Source: an uncultured Actinomycetes bacterium
GTDB lineage: Bacteria; Actinomycetota; Actinomycetes; Nanopelagicales; Nanopelagicaceae
NCBI GenBank assembly: GCA_903898555.1
Contig: CAIUFY010000064.1
Location: 1-51,528, forward strand
DNA: 51,528 nt
Direction of reading: 5' to 3'
Below are positions 8,565-18,335 of the stretch, piece after piece. The notes under the pieces are model-generated. The model worked only from the letters and a program-made list of their open reading frames with translations, had not been told where the DNA came from and searched no databases. Each line of letters starts with the position of its first letter. The stretch's first letter is position 1. The position numbers and the translations under genes were made by a program.

Positions 8565-9576
8565 ACAAATTACTTCCGCCATTCTCCTCGTTGGAGGAAT
8601 GGGCACGCGCATGCAACCTCTTACCTATTCAACTCCCAAGCCAATGTTAAAAGTGGCAGGAATTCCCTTTACAGAGCATCAAATTGTGAAGGCACGCGAA
8701 GCTGGAATTACAGAGATTGTTTTAGCAACGAGCTTTATGGCAGAAATATTCGAGCCCTATTTCGGCGATGGCAGAAATTTTGGATTGAAAATTTCTTACG
8801 CTGTGGAAGAAAGTGCGCTAGGTACCGGTGGCGCAATCCGAAATGCTGCATCGAAATTGACTGGCACAGGACCGGTAGTAATCTTCAATGGCGATGTCTT
8901 GAGTAGCCACAACCTTGAAGATCAAATGGAATTCCATATCGATAACTCAGCAGATGTAACTCTTTATCTTACGCAAGTTCCAGATGCTCGCGCCTTCGGT
9001 GTAGTTGAATTTGATGAAGAAAATCGCATCTCATCTTTCAATGAAAAGATGGAAAATCCACCTACAAATGTCATTAATGCAGGTTGCTACATTTTTAATC
9101 GAGAGATTATTGATTCAATTCCAGAGAACAAAGTAGTTTCTGTGGAAAGAGAAACTTTCCCAACACTTTTGGAAAACGGTGGTCGCGTCTTTGGGTTTGT
9201 AGATTCCAATTATTGGCTTGACATTGGAAATCCCGGCGCACTCCTTAAAGCAACGAGTGATTTAATTTCTGGTGTTGCAACTTCTAGTGCCTTCACCGCT
9301 GCACTTCGTGATGGACGAGTTTATCGACGTGATTTTTCGCTCGCACATGGAAAAAATATTGTTTTTGAGGAACCCTCAACTCAAGATTCAGGTTGCTTTA
9401 TCGATAACAGTGCAGTAATCGGATCTCAGTCGACACTTACTCGCTGCATCATTGGTGAAGGTGCTGTAATCGGTGAAAAAGCAGTATTAATCAATACTTT
9501 TGTGGCACCTGGTTTTTCGGTCCCTGCTGCAACTCTTGCAGAAAATGCATTCTTGGGATTTTCCCTAAATAAATGA
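8557..9576 (+). CDS. Mannose-1-phosphate guanylyltransferase / NDP-sugar pyrophosphorylase
   Basis: AILLVGGMGTRMQPLTYSTPKPMLKV is the nucleotidyltransferase signature. The C-terminus has left-handed beta-helix-like repeats. ATG 8557 overlaps the dapC stop. The position matches Rv3264c next to whiB2. Confidence 0.8.
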   Translation: MSKQITSAILLVGGMGTRMQPLTYSTPKPMLKVAGIPFTEHQIVKAREAGITEIVLATSFMAEIFEPYFGDGRNFGLKISYAVEESALGTGGAIRNAASKLTGTGPVVIFNGDVLSSHNLEDQMEFHIDNSADVTLYLTQVPDARAFGVVEFDEENRISSFNEKMENPPTNVINAGCYIFNREIIDSIPENKVVSVERETFPTLLENGGRVFGFVDSNYWLDIGNPGALLKATSDLISGVATSSAFTAALRDGRVYRRDFSLAHGKNIVFEEPSTQDSGCFIDNSAVIGSQSTLTRCIIGEGAVIGEKAVLINTFVAPGFSVPAATLAENAFLGFSLNK

Positions 9577-9605
9577 CTGAACATTTGGCGACAAAGTCCC
9601 AAATT

Positions 9606-9680
9606 CGTGTGTAATTCTTTAGAAAAATAGACCAATCTGGACTTGACGCGGAGGGGGTTACACGCGTGTAATTCTCCTTA
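9606..9680 (+). promoter_or_regulatory. Imperfect direct repeat in the whiB leader/promoter region
   Basis: CGTGTGTAATTCTTTAGAA begins at 9606 and CGCGTGTAATTCTCCTTAAGAA begins at 9663. They share GTGTAATTCT (9609-9618 and 9666-9675), 57 bp apart, within the 173-bp untranslated region upstream of whiB. Confidence 0.3.
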
Positions 9681-9749
9681 AGAAGCCCGGGGGTAACCTG
9701 CGGGGCCGCTAGCGTGAAAGCCAATCTAGCCATAACTAGGAGTTTGTTT

Positions 9750-10046
9750 ATGACAGAACGCAAGAGCGACCTTTCCTCAGTTGCGACCTCTTTTTCGACC
9801 TTCCCAGCAGCATCAGATGGTGGCGTAGAACTTTCTTGGCAGGAGCGCGCATTGTGTGCGCAAACCGATCCAGAAGCATTCTTCCCTGAAAAAGGCGGCT
9901 CAACCCGCGAGGCAAAGAGAGTCTGTCTTTCTTGCGACGTCCGTGGAGAATGCCTTGAATACGCTCTTGGACACGATGAGCGCTTTGGTATTTGGGGTGG
10001 TCTTTCTGAGCGTGAACGTCGTCGTTTAAAGCGCCGATCAGCTTAA
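9750..10046 (+). CDS. whiB: WhiB-family (WhiB2/WhmD-type) Fe-S transcription factor
   Basis: WQERALCAQTDPEAFFPEKGGSTREAKRVCLSCDVRGECLEYAL...GIWGGLSERERRRLKRR contains four Cys, the GIWGG turn and a basic tail. AGGAG lies upstream of ATG 9750. Confidence 0.9.
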   Translation: MTERKSDLSSVATSFSTFPAASDGGVELSWQERALCAQTDPEAFFPEKGGSTREAKRVCLSCDVRGECLEYALGHDERFGIWGGLSERERRRLKRRSA

Positions 10047-10053
10047 TAACTGG

Positions 10054-10073
10054 AGCCTTGACGGCTCTTTCTA
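10054..10073 (+). terminator. Weak hairpin plus T-tract after whiB
   Basis: GAGCC-ttgac-GGCTC followed by TTTCT, 8 nt after the whiB stop. The stem is only 5 bp. Confidence 0.3.
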
Positions 10074-10085
10074 TAGGCTCGTTGA

Positions 10086-13000
10086 ATGGCAGATAAGTTC
10101 TTTGTAACCGCAGTCATCGTCACCCACGATGGCGCAAGATGGTTACCTCAAGTTATTGCCGCAATCGGTTTTCAATCTCGAAAAGTTGAGCGCATTGTCG
10201 CCGTCGATACTGGATCTTTAGATAACTCAGTAAAACTTATTAAGGCCTCTGGTATTCCCTGCTTAGTAGAACAGCGCGACATGGGTTATGGCGATGCAGT
10301 TGAACATGCATTGGAACTAACTCCAGCTGTTGATGAAAATGAATGGATTTGGTTAATCCATGATGATGTTGCGCCTGACAAAGATGCGCTCGCGCGATTG
10401 CTTGCAGCAGTTGAAGATCGCCCTCAAGTTGCAATAGCCGGTCCTAAACTTCGAGGTTGGTATGACCGTGATCATTTGCTTGAGGTTGGAGTATCTATTG
10501 CTTCCAACGGTGCGCGATGGACCGGACTTGAACGTCGCGAGCAGGATCAAGGACAACACGATGGGGTTCGTGAAGTACTAGCAGTGAGCACTGCGGCCTC
10601 AATAATTCGAAGAAGTGTTTATGAAGAACTAGGTGGGCTTGATACAAACTTGGCACTCTTTCGCGATGACGTTGATTTAGGTTGGCGCGCACATGTAGCC
10701 GGACATTCTGTCATCGCTGTTCCAGATGCCATCGCCTATCACGCGGAAGCTTCATCCTCCGAGCGGAGAGCTGTCGACGTATCTGAAGCATTCCTGCACC
10801 GCCCACTCATGTTGGATCGCCGCAATGCGGCTTACGTGCTTTTAGTGAATTCATCTTTCTGGGCTTTGCCTTGGATTTCACTTCAACTCTTAAGTTCGGG
10901 AATCACGCGCGCCGTAATTAATTTGCTCGCAAAGCTTCCAGGTTATGCCGGCGATGAAATTGCAGCCGTTGCACTTCTGCTCGTTAACCCAAAAGAGATT
11001 TTCCAAGCACGTCGATATCGCAAGAAAAAGCGCTTGTTGTCCTCACGAATCATTCGAAAATTTATTCCGCCTCGATCTTCACAATTGCGAATGACAATTG
11101 AGCGAGCAGCAAGCACAATTTCGAGCGCAATTCGGCCGAGCGAATACGAGGACAGCTCTGGAATTGCTCACTCGTATTCAGATATTGGGGTTATCACTGA
11201 AAGCTTTGACGACCCGGAGTTAGTTGTCGTCAAAGAAGTTCCACTGTGGAAAATTATTGGTAAGAATCCACAGTTCATTCTCTTCTTTGGAATTACCGTC
11301 ATTTCAATTCTTGCAGCGAGAAATCGTCTCGGGGAGTTGTCTGGCGGAGCTCTTGCAATTGCTCCACGAAGCGGTCTTGCTTTGCTTGGTCAATACGCGC
11401 AGTCTTGGCACATAGTTGGCATGGGCTCAGCTGCAACTACGCCACCTTGGGTTCCGTTGTTGGGGCTTGCGAGTGTGGTGACAGGTTTTAATCTGCCACT
11501 TTTCATAACCCTTCTCTTTACTTTTACGCCTGTTCTAGCCTTCTACATATTTTTTAGAGTCCTAACAAGACTTGGCTCGTCAAAGAGATACGCCCTGATT
11601 GGCGCAGGAATTTATGCGTTTTCTCCAGTGCTGTGGGCATCTATAAATCAAGGACGGCTTGGAACAATTGCAATTATTTTGATTGCTCCGTCTCTTTATT
11701 TTATTTCCCCATTTACTCGCGATAACGAGAGAGCAAGTTGGCGACGTATTTTTGCAATTTCATTGTTAATAGGAATTTTCTGTGCTTTTAATCCCGTGAT
11801 TTTATTAGGTTGGTTATTTCTTCAAGGAGCACGTTTTACGGTCAACCTTTACGAACTTCGCCATCATTACCGAGAGCTAGGAATTCAAAAGCTTCTTTTC
11901 TCGCCAGAAGCAGAACCTATAAAGCGCCGCTTTGCGCTTCTTGTTACGCCATGGCTCATAACAGCGCCTTGGTCAGCTTCGATGATTTTGCACCCAACTC
12001 AATTCTTTCTTGAAGCTGGGATTCCTGTTCTTTCAGGAAGTCGGTGGTCTGAGTTTCTTGCAAATCCCGGAGGCGCAGGTTCCCCTCCACTCTGGCTCAT
12101 ATCCCCAGTGCTGCTATTTGCATTAGCAGCCTTTACGATCGACAAATTGCGCACATCGAGTTTGATGGCTACGTCAGTCATTGCAGTGGCTATTGCGCTT
12201 AGTTCTTTTACATTGCAAGGTCATGGAAGTTCATCAAATATTTGGACTGGGCCCATCATTGCTATAGCAACGGCACTACTTGTTCCAGGAGTGTTGTTGT
12301 ATGCAGAAGAATTCATTCCAAAGTTGCGAGAAATTCCTCTAGGAAAGCGTCACTTGGTCACTGGTTTTATTTCTGTAATAACTGCACTTTCGTTGATAGG
12401 AACTCCTATTTGGGCCATATCTGGCGGAGCACAATCATTGGTGCGGGCAAATCAAAGCCAAATTGTTCCAGCATTCGTTTCGGCTCTTGCAGATACTCCT
12501 GCTAGACCAAAAACAATAGTTATAAATACAATCAATGGCCAAGTAATGTATGAAATATCGCGGGGAACCGACGTGCAACTCGGTGGCGCGGATGTTTCGG
12601 TAGCCCCTCCTCGTGAAATCGTATTGGCGATGAATGATTTAGTTACCGGATCGGGAATTGAGTCGGCAAAGACTTTTGGGCATTTTGGGATTCAATACAT
12701 ATTTTTAAAAACACTTAGCAATACTTCCCTGATCAGAATTATTGACGGAAGCGGGGGCTTCACTCGCATGTCATCAACTGCTAACGGAATTGTATGGAAA
12801 GTGGTTGGAGCCTCACCTCGTGTTCTCTTTATCGGCAACGACAAATCGACCCAAACGATTGCATCTACAGACTTCAGCGCAGAAGCGGATGTGCCGCAAG
12901 GTGGCATGGTTGTTATTGCTGAGAAGTATGATCAAGATTGGCGCCTTCTTCTTGACGGGCAAAGAGTTCCTCTTCAGCATGCCGCAAACGGACTTCCAGT

Positions 13001-13160
13001 CTTTACGATTGCACATGCAGGGCGTGTAACAGTTCTTCATGATGGGACGCTTCACCGCACACTCTTGTCACTTCAACTCATCATTGTTCTGGCTGTCACG
13101 GTCTTGGCGCTGCCTGCTGGTAGGCGCCGACGCGAAGTCCCGATAGAAGAGTTGGTCTAG
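10086..13160 (+). CDS. Family-2 glycosyltransferase fused to a large polytopic membrane domain
   Basis: The N-terminal GT-A domain reads VTAVIVTHDG...VDTGSLDNS...WLIHDDVAPD...AASIIRRSVYEELGGLD...FRDDVDLGWR. More than ten hydrophobic segments follow, then a C-terminal extracytoplasmic region and a terminal TM. 1024 aa. Confidence 0.8.
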   Translation: MADKFFVTAVIVTHDGARWLPQVIAAIGFQSRKVERIVAVDTGSLDNSVKLIKASGIPCLVEQRDMGYGDAVEHALELTPAVDENEWIWLIHDDVAPDKDALARLLAAVEDRPQVAIAGPKLRGWYDRDHLLEVGVSIASNGARWTGLERREQDQGQHDGVREVLAVSTAASIIRRSVYEELGGLDTNLALFRDDVDLGWRAHVAGHSVIAVPDAIAYHAEASSSERRAVDVSEAFLHRPLMLDRRNAAYVLLVNSSFWALPWISLQLLSSGITRAVINLLAKLPGYAGDEIAAVALLLVNPKEIFQARRYRKKKRLLSSRIIRKFIPPRSSQLRMTIERAASTISSAIRPSEYEDSSGIAHSYSDIGVITESFDDPELVVVKEVPLWKIIGKNPQFILFFGITVISILAARNRLGELSGGALAIAPRSGLALLGQYAQSWHIVGMGSAATTPPWVPLLGLASVVTGFNLPLFITLLFTFTPVLAFYIFFRVLTRLGSSKRYALIGAGIYAFSPVLWASINQGRLGTIAIILIAPSLYFISPFTRDNERASWRRIFAISLLIGIFCAFNPVILLGWLFLQGARFTVNLYELRHHYRELGIQKLLFSPEAEPIKRRFALLVTPWLITAPWSASMILHPTQFFLEAGIPVLSGSRWSEFLANPGGAGSPPLWLISPVLLFALAAFTIDKLRTSSLMATSVIAVAIALSSFTLQGHGSSSNIWTGPIIAIATALLVPGVLLYAEEFIPKLREIPLGKRHLVTGFISVITALSLIGTPIWAISGGAQSLVRANQSQIVPAFVSALADTPARPKTIVINTINGQVMYEISRGTDVQLGGADVSVAPPREIVLAMNDLVTGSGIESAKTFGHFGIQYIFLKTLSNTSLIRIIDGSGGFTRMSSTANGIVWKVVGASPRVLFIGNDKSTQTIASTDFSAEADVPQGGMVVIAEKYDQDWRLLLDGQRVPLQHAANGLPVFTIAHAGRVTVLHDGTLHRTLLSLQLIIVLAVTVLALPAGRRRREVPIEELV

Positions 13161-13164
13161 AGCT

Positions 13165-14496
13165 ATGAAAATACGTTCGCTTTGGAAAAATTCTCGCAAT
13201 GAATTCGATGTAAGAATTCTTGGCATTAGTTCAATACTTTTAATTGCGTTCGCAATCTCATATGCAGCTCCAGTTGCGCAACAAGATCGCACAACGCAAA
13301 CTGATTTTCCTGCCACGGTTTGTCCGGCGAAATTAGGCGATGGTGCAACGACAGCGTTTCTACCAAAGTATGGAACTTCCGTGCGCCACGTTGCAAAAAA
13401 ATCAATTTCGTTCTACAGATCTAGAAGTAGTACTGAAAACATCGTTGGTAGTGCACTTCTCGTGGACAGTAATCCGGGAACAACCTTTGCTCTAAATAGT
13501 TCATCAAACGGTTTAGGAACAGTAATCTGCGAATCTGGAAATGCAGACCAATGGTTTGTAGGGTCATCTGGCGGAATCACTAGTAAAGCTCAATTAGATA
13601 TTGTGAATAGCGGCCTAAGTCCCGCATTGGTCGATATAACGCCGTATTCCTCGAAGCAGATGCTCCCTGTAGTTTCAGTCGCTGTTCCGGCAAACTCTGA
13701 CCGAGCGATTTTGGTAGACGCAATTGTGCCTGGAGATGATTCGGTTGCACTTCATGTTGTTACCCGAACAGGTCGTGTAACAAGTTACCTCTTTGATGCA
13801 CGAAAAAAGGGTTTGAAGTCCTTAGGATCAGATTTTGTTAATTCGCAAGCAATTCCTTCAAAGCATTTGGTAATCCCAGTAATCCTTCAATCCTCTAGCG
13901 GCAAGATCGCGTCAAGTATTCGGTTCCTAGTTCCAGGTAGCATCGATGCAAATATCAAACTAACGCTGAATTCAGGCGACGGTTCTTTCACTCCAGTTGG
14001 TTTTGATGGATTGGTTGTTCCACACGGAAAGGTTCTTGACTTACCTCTGACCTCATTGACCTCCTCGACTCCTATGTCGATTAGTGTTGATTCTGATCAA
14101 CCGCTTGTTTCTTCGGCGTTGACCCAATTTGCGGGTAATGACTTTGCCTGGTCGGCCGCGGTATCGCCATTCACGACAGTTTCACTCAATTTCACCGGGC
14201 TTAATCCTAAGTTTGTCTTCACTGGCACCGATATAAAGGTTCAAGTCAGCTGGAAAAGCTCCACTGGAAAGGGTTACAGCGCTCGCATAAGTGGGAGCGA
14301 TATCGCCTTTTGGAATCCAGATCGCGCAGGCGTTAAAACAATTTCCTTTGTAAACCTTTCCAAAAAGTCGGTTTACGGGGGAGTAATAATTAGAAATACT
14401 TCCGGCGCCAAGATTGGGTATCTGCCACTCTCTGCGGGTGCAAGTTTGGAAAAATCTTCACTTCCATTGGTCGACGTTCGAAGTCTTTCGCGCTGA
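13165..14496 (+). CDS. N-terminally anchored secreted protein, DUF5719-like
   Basis: There is a single N-terminal TM (ILGISSILLIAFAISYAAPV) and a Ser/Thr/Val-rich beta-type sequence. The position between the large GT2 gene and the DUF3499 gene matches the conserved actinobacterial arrangement. The family call rests on context and composition. Confidence 0.55.
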   Translation: MKIRSLWKNSRNEFDVRILGISSILLIAFAISYAAPVAQQDRTTQTDFPATVCPAKLGDGATTAFLPKYGTSVRHVAKKSISFYRSRSSTENIVGSALLVDSNPGTTFALNSSSNGLGTVICESGNADQWFVGSSGGITSKAQLDIVNSGLSPALVDITPYSSKQMLPVVSVAVPANSDRAILVDAIVPGDDSVALHVVTRTGRVTSYLFDARKKGLKSLGSDFVNSQAIPSKHLVIPVILQSSSGKIASSIRFLVPGSIDANIKLTLNSGDGSFTPVGFDGLVVPHGKVLDLPLTSLTSSTPMSISVDSDQPLVSSALTQFAGNDFAWSAAVSPFTTVSLNFTGLNPKFVFTGTDIKVQVSWKSSTGKGYSARISGSDIAFWNPDRAGVKTISFVNLSKKSVYGGVIIRNTSGAKIGYLPLSAGASLEKSSLPLVDVRSLSR

Positions 14497-14536
14497 AATC
14501 CACGATATTTACCTCACGACGCGATAACCTCTCAAT

Positions 14537-14905
14537 ATGAGAAGTGTTCAGAGGACCGGTCGCACCTGTTCGCGTGCCAGTTGCCGATCTGCTGCGAGTA
14601 AGACACTTACTTATGTATATGCCGATTCGACTGCAGTACTCGGACCGTTAGCAACTTTTGCAGAGCCTCACTCGTACGATCTATGCCTCCAGCACAGTTT
14701 GACGCTCACTGTTCCCAATGGTTGGAACGTGATTAAGCACGAGCCTGAAGGTGAAAACTTTGGACCGAGCGATGATGATTTGATGGCGATTGCAGATGCC
14801 GTCAGAGAAGTTGCTCAGTCATCTACCCAGGAAAGCGTGGCTCAGAGTGCTTCGCAACAGGAAATAGGCCGCCGAGGACATTTGCGAGCTCTTCCTTCTA
14901 ACTAA
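14537..14905 (+). CDS. DUF3499-family protein
   Basis: CSRASCRSAASKTLTYVYADSTAVLGPLATFAEPHSYDLCLQH is the Cys-containing N-terminal motif typical of DUF3499 (Rv3258c-like). The gene lies upstream of the phosphomannomutase gene, as in other actinobacteria. Confidence 0.75.
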   Translation: MRSVQRTGRTCSRASCRSAASKTLTYVYADSTAVLGPLATFAEPHSYDLCLQHSLTLTVPNGWNVIKHEPEGENFGPSDDDLMAIADAVREVAQSSTQESVAQSASQQEIGRRGHLRALPSN

Positions 14906-14951
14906 TTTTTCTTTTCTTTGAATTGAACTAGCAAACCGGTAAGTTTGGAAT

Positions 14952-16319
14952 ATGTTCACACGCGAATTTCTCGACACAATCATGAAGGCTTACGACGTAC
15001 GTGGCTTGGTAGATGAAGAAATTACACCTGACTTTACATTTGCACTTGGAGCGGCATTTGCACAATTTCTGATGGAGGAGCGCGAACCTGCGACAGTAGT
15101 GATTGGCGAAGATATGCGTCCGTCCTCCCCTCTACTTGCTCAAGCATTTGCAGACGGAGTGACTTCTCAAGGATTTGATGCAATTCGCATTGGTTTGGCT
15201 TCCACGGACATGGCTTACTTTGCTTCAGGAAAACTTAATCTGCCAGGGGCGATGTTTACTGCCAGCCATAATCCCGCGGAATACAATGGAATCAAACTCT
15301 GCAAGAGTGCTGCGCGTCCTATCGGACAGGAAACAGGACTTCGCAGAATTCGCGATCTCATTGTTGAAGGTGTTCCACTTTCAACTCGCGCGATGGGCAG
15401 AGTAACTGAAGAAGATATGTTGACAGATTATGTTGACTTCTTGCTTTCGATTTTCGGCGCCGAACTTACTTCGGCAGAGAGAAGATTGAAGGTTGTAATT
15501 GATGCCGGAAATGGCATGGCCGGTCATACAGCTCCTGCAGTAATGGCAAAGCTAAATGTTGAAATGATTCCAATGTACTTTGAACTCGATGGAACCTTTC
15601 CTAATCACGAAGCGAATCCCATCGATCCTGCAAACGTAGCTGATTTACAGAAGGCAGTTAAAAAACACAAAGCCGATATTGGTCTTGCATTTGATGGCGA
15701 TGCAGATCGTTGCTTCCTAATTGATGAAACGGGTGCGATAGTCACACCTTCCACTCTTACCTCACTTATTGCAGTGCGAGAGTTGAAGCGCAAGCCTGGA
15801 TCAGCTGTCATCTACAACTTAATCTCATCAAAGGCTGTTCCTGAAGTCATCACCGAAAATGGCGGAAAGCCGATTCGTTCGCGTGTTGGCCACTCATACA
15901 TTAAAGCGATGATGGCGGAAACCGGAGCTGTCTTTGGCGGCGAACATTCTGGACACTTCTATTTTTCTGATTTTTGGCGCGCAGATTCAGGGATGCTTGC
16001 TGCGCTCTTTGCGCTGGCAGAACTTGCTGGAAGCAGTAAGTCTCTATCGGAACTTCTCAAACCTTATAATCGATATGTTGTGAGTGGAGAAATTAATACT
16101 CGAGTTGCAGATGCACAGGCGTCACTTAATTTGATTCGGGAATCTTTCAGACAAGATTATGAAATTGACGAACTTGATGGAGTCACGGTGAGCGCTGACG
16201 AATGGTGGTTTAACGTCAGGCCTTCAAACACAGAGCCACTCCTACGCCTAAATGTGGAGGCGAATAATGAGGCTACGCTGAAGATTGTCAGGGAAAAGGT
16301 CCTCGAGCTCATCGGGTAA
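14952..16319 (+). CDS. Phosphomannomutase/phosphoglucomutase
   Basis: KAYDVRG, the active-site loop [13 protein letters not shown], the metal loop FDGDADR and GGEHSGH. Confidence 0.9.
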   Translation: MFTREFLDTIMKAYDVRGLVDEEITPDFTFALGAAFAQFLMEEREPATVVIGEDMRPSSPLLAQAFADGVTSQGFDAIRIGLASTDMAYFASGKLNLPGAMFTASHNPAEYNGIKLCKSAARPIGQETGLRRIRDLIVEGVPLSTRAMGRVTEEDMLTDYVDFLLSIFGAELTSAERRLKVVIDAGNGMAGHTAPAVMAKLNVEMIPMYFELDGTFPNHEANPIDPANVADLQKAVKKHKADIGLAFDGDADRCFLIDETGAIVTPSTLTSLIAVRELKRKPGSAVIYNLISSKAVPEVITENGGKPIRSRVGHSYIKAMMAETGAVFGGEHSGHFYFSDFWRADSGMLAALFALAELAGSSKSLSELLKPYNRYVVSGEINTRVADAQASLNLIRESFRQDYEIDELDGVTVSADEWWFNVRPSNTEPLLRLNVEANNEATLKIVREKVLELIG

Positions 16320-16368
16320 ACTTGGCAGCATAATCAACCGAAGCCTCGGATATTTTTTAGGAGCACCC

Positions 16369-17646
16369 GTGTCTGTACAAGCAGCCGTTTCACACGACAT
16401 TGCAAATCCCGCACTAGCCGCCGAAGGCAAGAAGCGTATTGAGTGGGCAGGTCGCAATATGCCTGTTCTTCAACAAATTAAAGAGCGTTTCGAAAAAGAA
16501 AAACCTTTCGTTGGAATTCGTATTGCAGCATGCATGCACGTAACAACAGAGACAGCGAATCTCATGTTGGCACTGAAGGCTGGTGGAGCAGAACTTGCTT
16601 TGTGCGCATCGAATCCACTTTCAACTCAAGATGACACCGCAGCAGCGCTTGTCCATGAATATGGCCTTTCTGTATTTGCACGAAATGGCGTTGACCGTGA
16701 TGGATATTATTCACATCTAAATTCTGCATTGGATATTAAGCCAGATTTCGTTTTTGACGATGGCTGCGATTTGGTAAACACACTTCACACAACTAGAACT
16801 GAATTAATTCCTGGAATTATGGGCGGTTGCGAAGAGACCACTACGGGCGTAATTCGACTTAGCCAGATGTCTAAAGATGGTGCGCTTAAGTTTCCTATGA
16901 TTGCTGTTAATGACACTGACACAAAGCATATGTTTGATAATCGTTTTGGTACTGGTCAATCCACCCTCGATGCAATTTTCCGCGCAACAAATCAACTTAT
17001 CGCCGGTAAAGTTTTCGTTGTTGCTGGTTTTGGATATTGCGGTAAAGGAGTAGCTGAACGTGCAAAGGGAATGGGCGCGGATGTCGTTGTTCTTGAAATT
17101 GATCCAACAAAGGCACTCGATGCGTTGATGCAAGGTTTCCGCGTTCTTCCAGCACTCGATGCTGCAAAAATCGGAGATGTCTTTATTACAGTAACCGGTA
17201 ACCGCGATGTTCTTCGTGATGAACATTTCAAGGTTATGAAAGATGGAGCAATTTTGGCTAACTCTGGCCACTTTGACATTGAAATCGATGTCGCCTGGTT
17301 AGAACAAAATGCAAAGCAAAAGAATTCGAAAATTCGTCATCAGACAGATGAGTACGTCATGGAAAATGGCAACCGTCTACTTCTCATTGCAGAAGGTCGT
17401 TTAGTTAACCTTGGAGCAGCAGAAGGCCACCCAGCTGCCGTGATGGACATGTCTTTCTCAGATCAAGCGCTTACAGCAGAATATCTATTGAAAGCTGCAA
17501 AGGATTTGGCTCCCGGTCTACATAACGTGCCTACTGAAATTGATAAAGAAGTTGCGCGATTGAAACTCGCAAGCATGGGCGTTGATATTGATGTTCTGAC
17601 TCCTGCGCAGGAGCTTTACCTAAACTCTTGGGAACACGGCTCCTAA
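16369..17646 (+). CDS. ahcY: Adenosylhomocysteinase, short (insertion-less) form
   Basis: [26 protein letters not shown], and the NAD fold [13 protein letters not shown]. Start reassigned to GTG 16369, preceded by TAGGAG. About 425 aa. Confidence 0.9.
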   Translation: MSVQAAVSHDIANPALAAEGKKRIEWAGRNMPVLQQIKERFEKEKPFVGIRIAACMHVTTETANLMLALKAGGAELALCASNPLSTQDDTAAALVHEYGLSVFARNGVDRDGYYSHLNSALDIKPDFVFDDGCDLVNTLHTTRTELIPGIMGGCEETTTGVIRLSQMSKDGALKFPMIAVNDTDTKHMFDNRFGTGQSTLDAIFRATNQLIAGKVFVVAGFGYCGKGVAERAKGMGADVVVLEIDPTKALDALMQGFRVLPALDAAKIGDVFITVTGNRDVLRDEHFKVMKDGAILANSGHFDIEIDVAWLEQNAKQKNSKIRHQTDEYVMENGNRLLLIAEGRLVNLGAAEGHPAAVMDMSFSDQALTAEYLLKAAKDLAPGLHNVPTEIDKEVARLKLASMGVDIDVLTPAQELYLNSWEHGS

Positions 17647-18335
17647 TGCCACTCATTATGGTCGTTGACGACGACCAAGATTTAGCGGAGATGTTGGGAA
17701 TTGTTCTCAATGGTTCTGGTTTTGAGGTAGACCTTGTTAATAATGGCGACAGCGTCATGGATATTTTCCGCGCCAATGTCCCAGATCTAGTCCTACTAGA
17801 TGTGATGCTTCCGGGAATCGATGGAATTGAAGTGTGCCGTTTGATTCGCCAGGAATCCATGGTTCCAATCGTTATGTTGACTGCGAAAGGCGATACCCAC
17901 GATGTTGTTCTTGGGCTTGAAGCCGGCGCTGATGACTATATGGTCAAGCCTTTCAACCCTTCAGAACTTGTTGCTCGTCTTAAAGTTCGCCTTCGCAGAA
18001 CAGTTTCAGAGCCAATCACCTCGCTGCGAATTGGAGACTTGGCCGTAGATCAAGTCGCACACACAATTGCTCGTGATGGAAAATCAATTCCGCTTACTCG
18101 CTTGGAGTTTGATCTGCTCGTTGCTCTAGCAAAGGAACCGGGTCGAGTATTTACTCGCGAAGCGCTTCTAAGTGAGGTGTGGGGATATCAGCACGCAACT
18201 GACACACGTCTTGTAAACGTGCACATTCAACGTCTTCGCTCGAAGATAGAGCGCGATGCTGATAATCCTGAGCTAATCCTTACGGTTCGCGGCGTTGGAT
18301 ATAAAGCTGGGACTGCAGGAACATCTGAAAAATGA
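17646..18335 (+). CDS. mtrA: OmpR-family response regulator MtrA
   Basis: The ATG overlaps the ahcY stop (TAATG). IMVVDDDQDL, DLVLLDVMLPGIDG, MLTAKGD, DDYMVKPF, and a winged-helix C-terminus (LTRLEFDLL...VRGVGYK). Confidence 0.9.
   Translation: MPLIMVVDDDQDLAEMLGIVLNGSGFEVDLVNNGDSVMDIFRANVPDLVLLDVMLPGIDGIEVCRLIRQESMVPIVMLTAKGDTHDVVLGLEAGADDYMVKPFNPSELVARLKVRLRRTVSEPITSLRIGDLAVDQVAHTIARDGKSIPLTRLEFDLLVALAKEPGRVFTREALLSEVWGYQHATDTRLVNVHIQRLRSKIERDADNPELILTVRGVGYKAGTAGTSEK

Noticed and set aside
16320-16368. A possible SAH riboswitch upstream of ahcY.
   Set aside because: Only 49 nt separate the pmm stop from the ahcY GTG. That is too short for the element, and no conserved pseudoknot sequence is evident.
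16804-17271. 155-aa and 95-aa ORFs antisense to ahcY.
   Set aside because: They lie inside a highly conserved gene. They have no recognisable motif and no RBS, and the composition is typical of an antisense frame.
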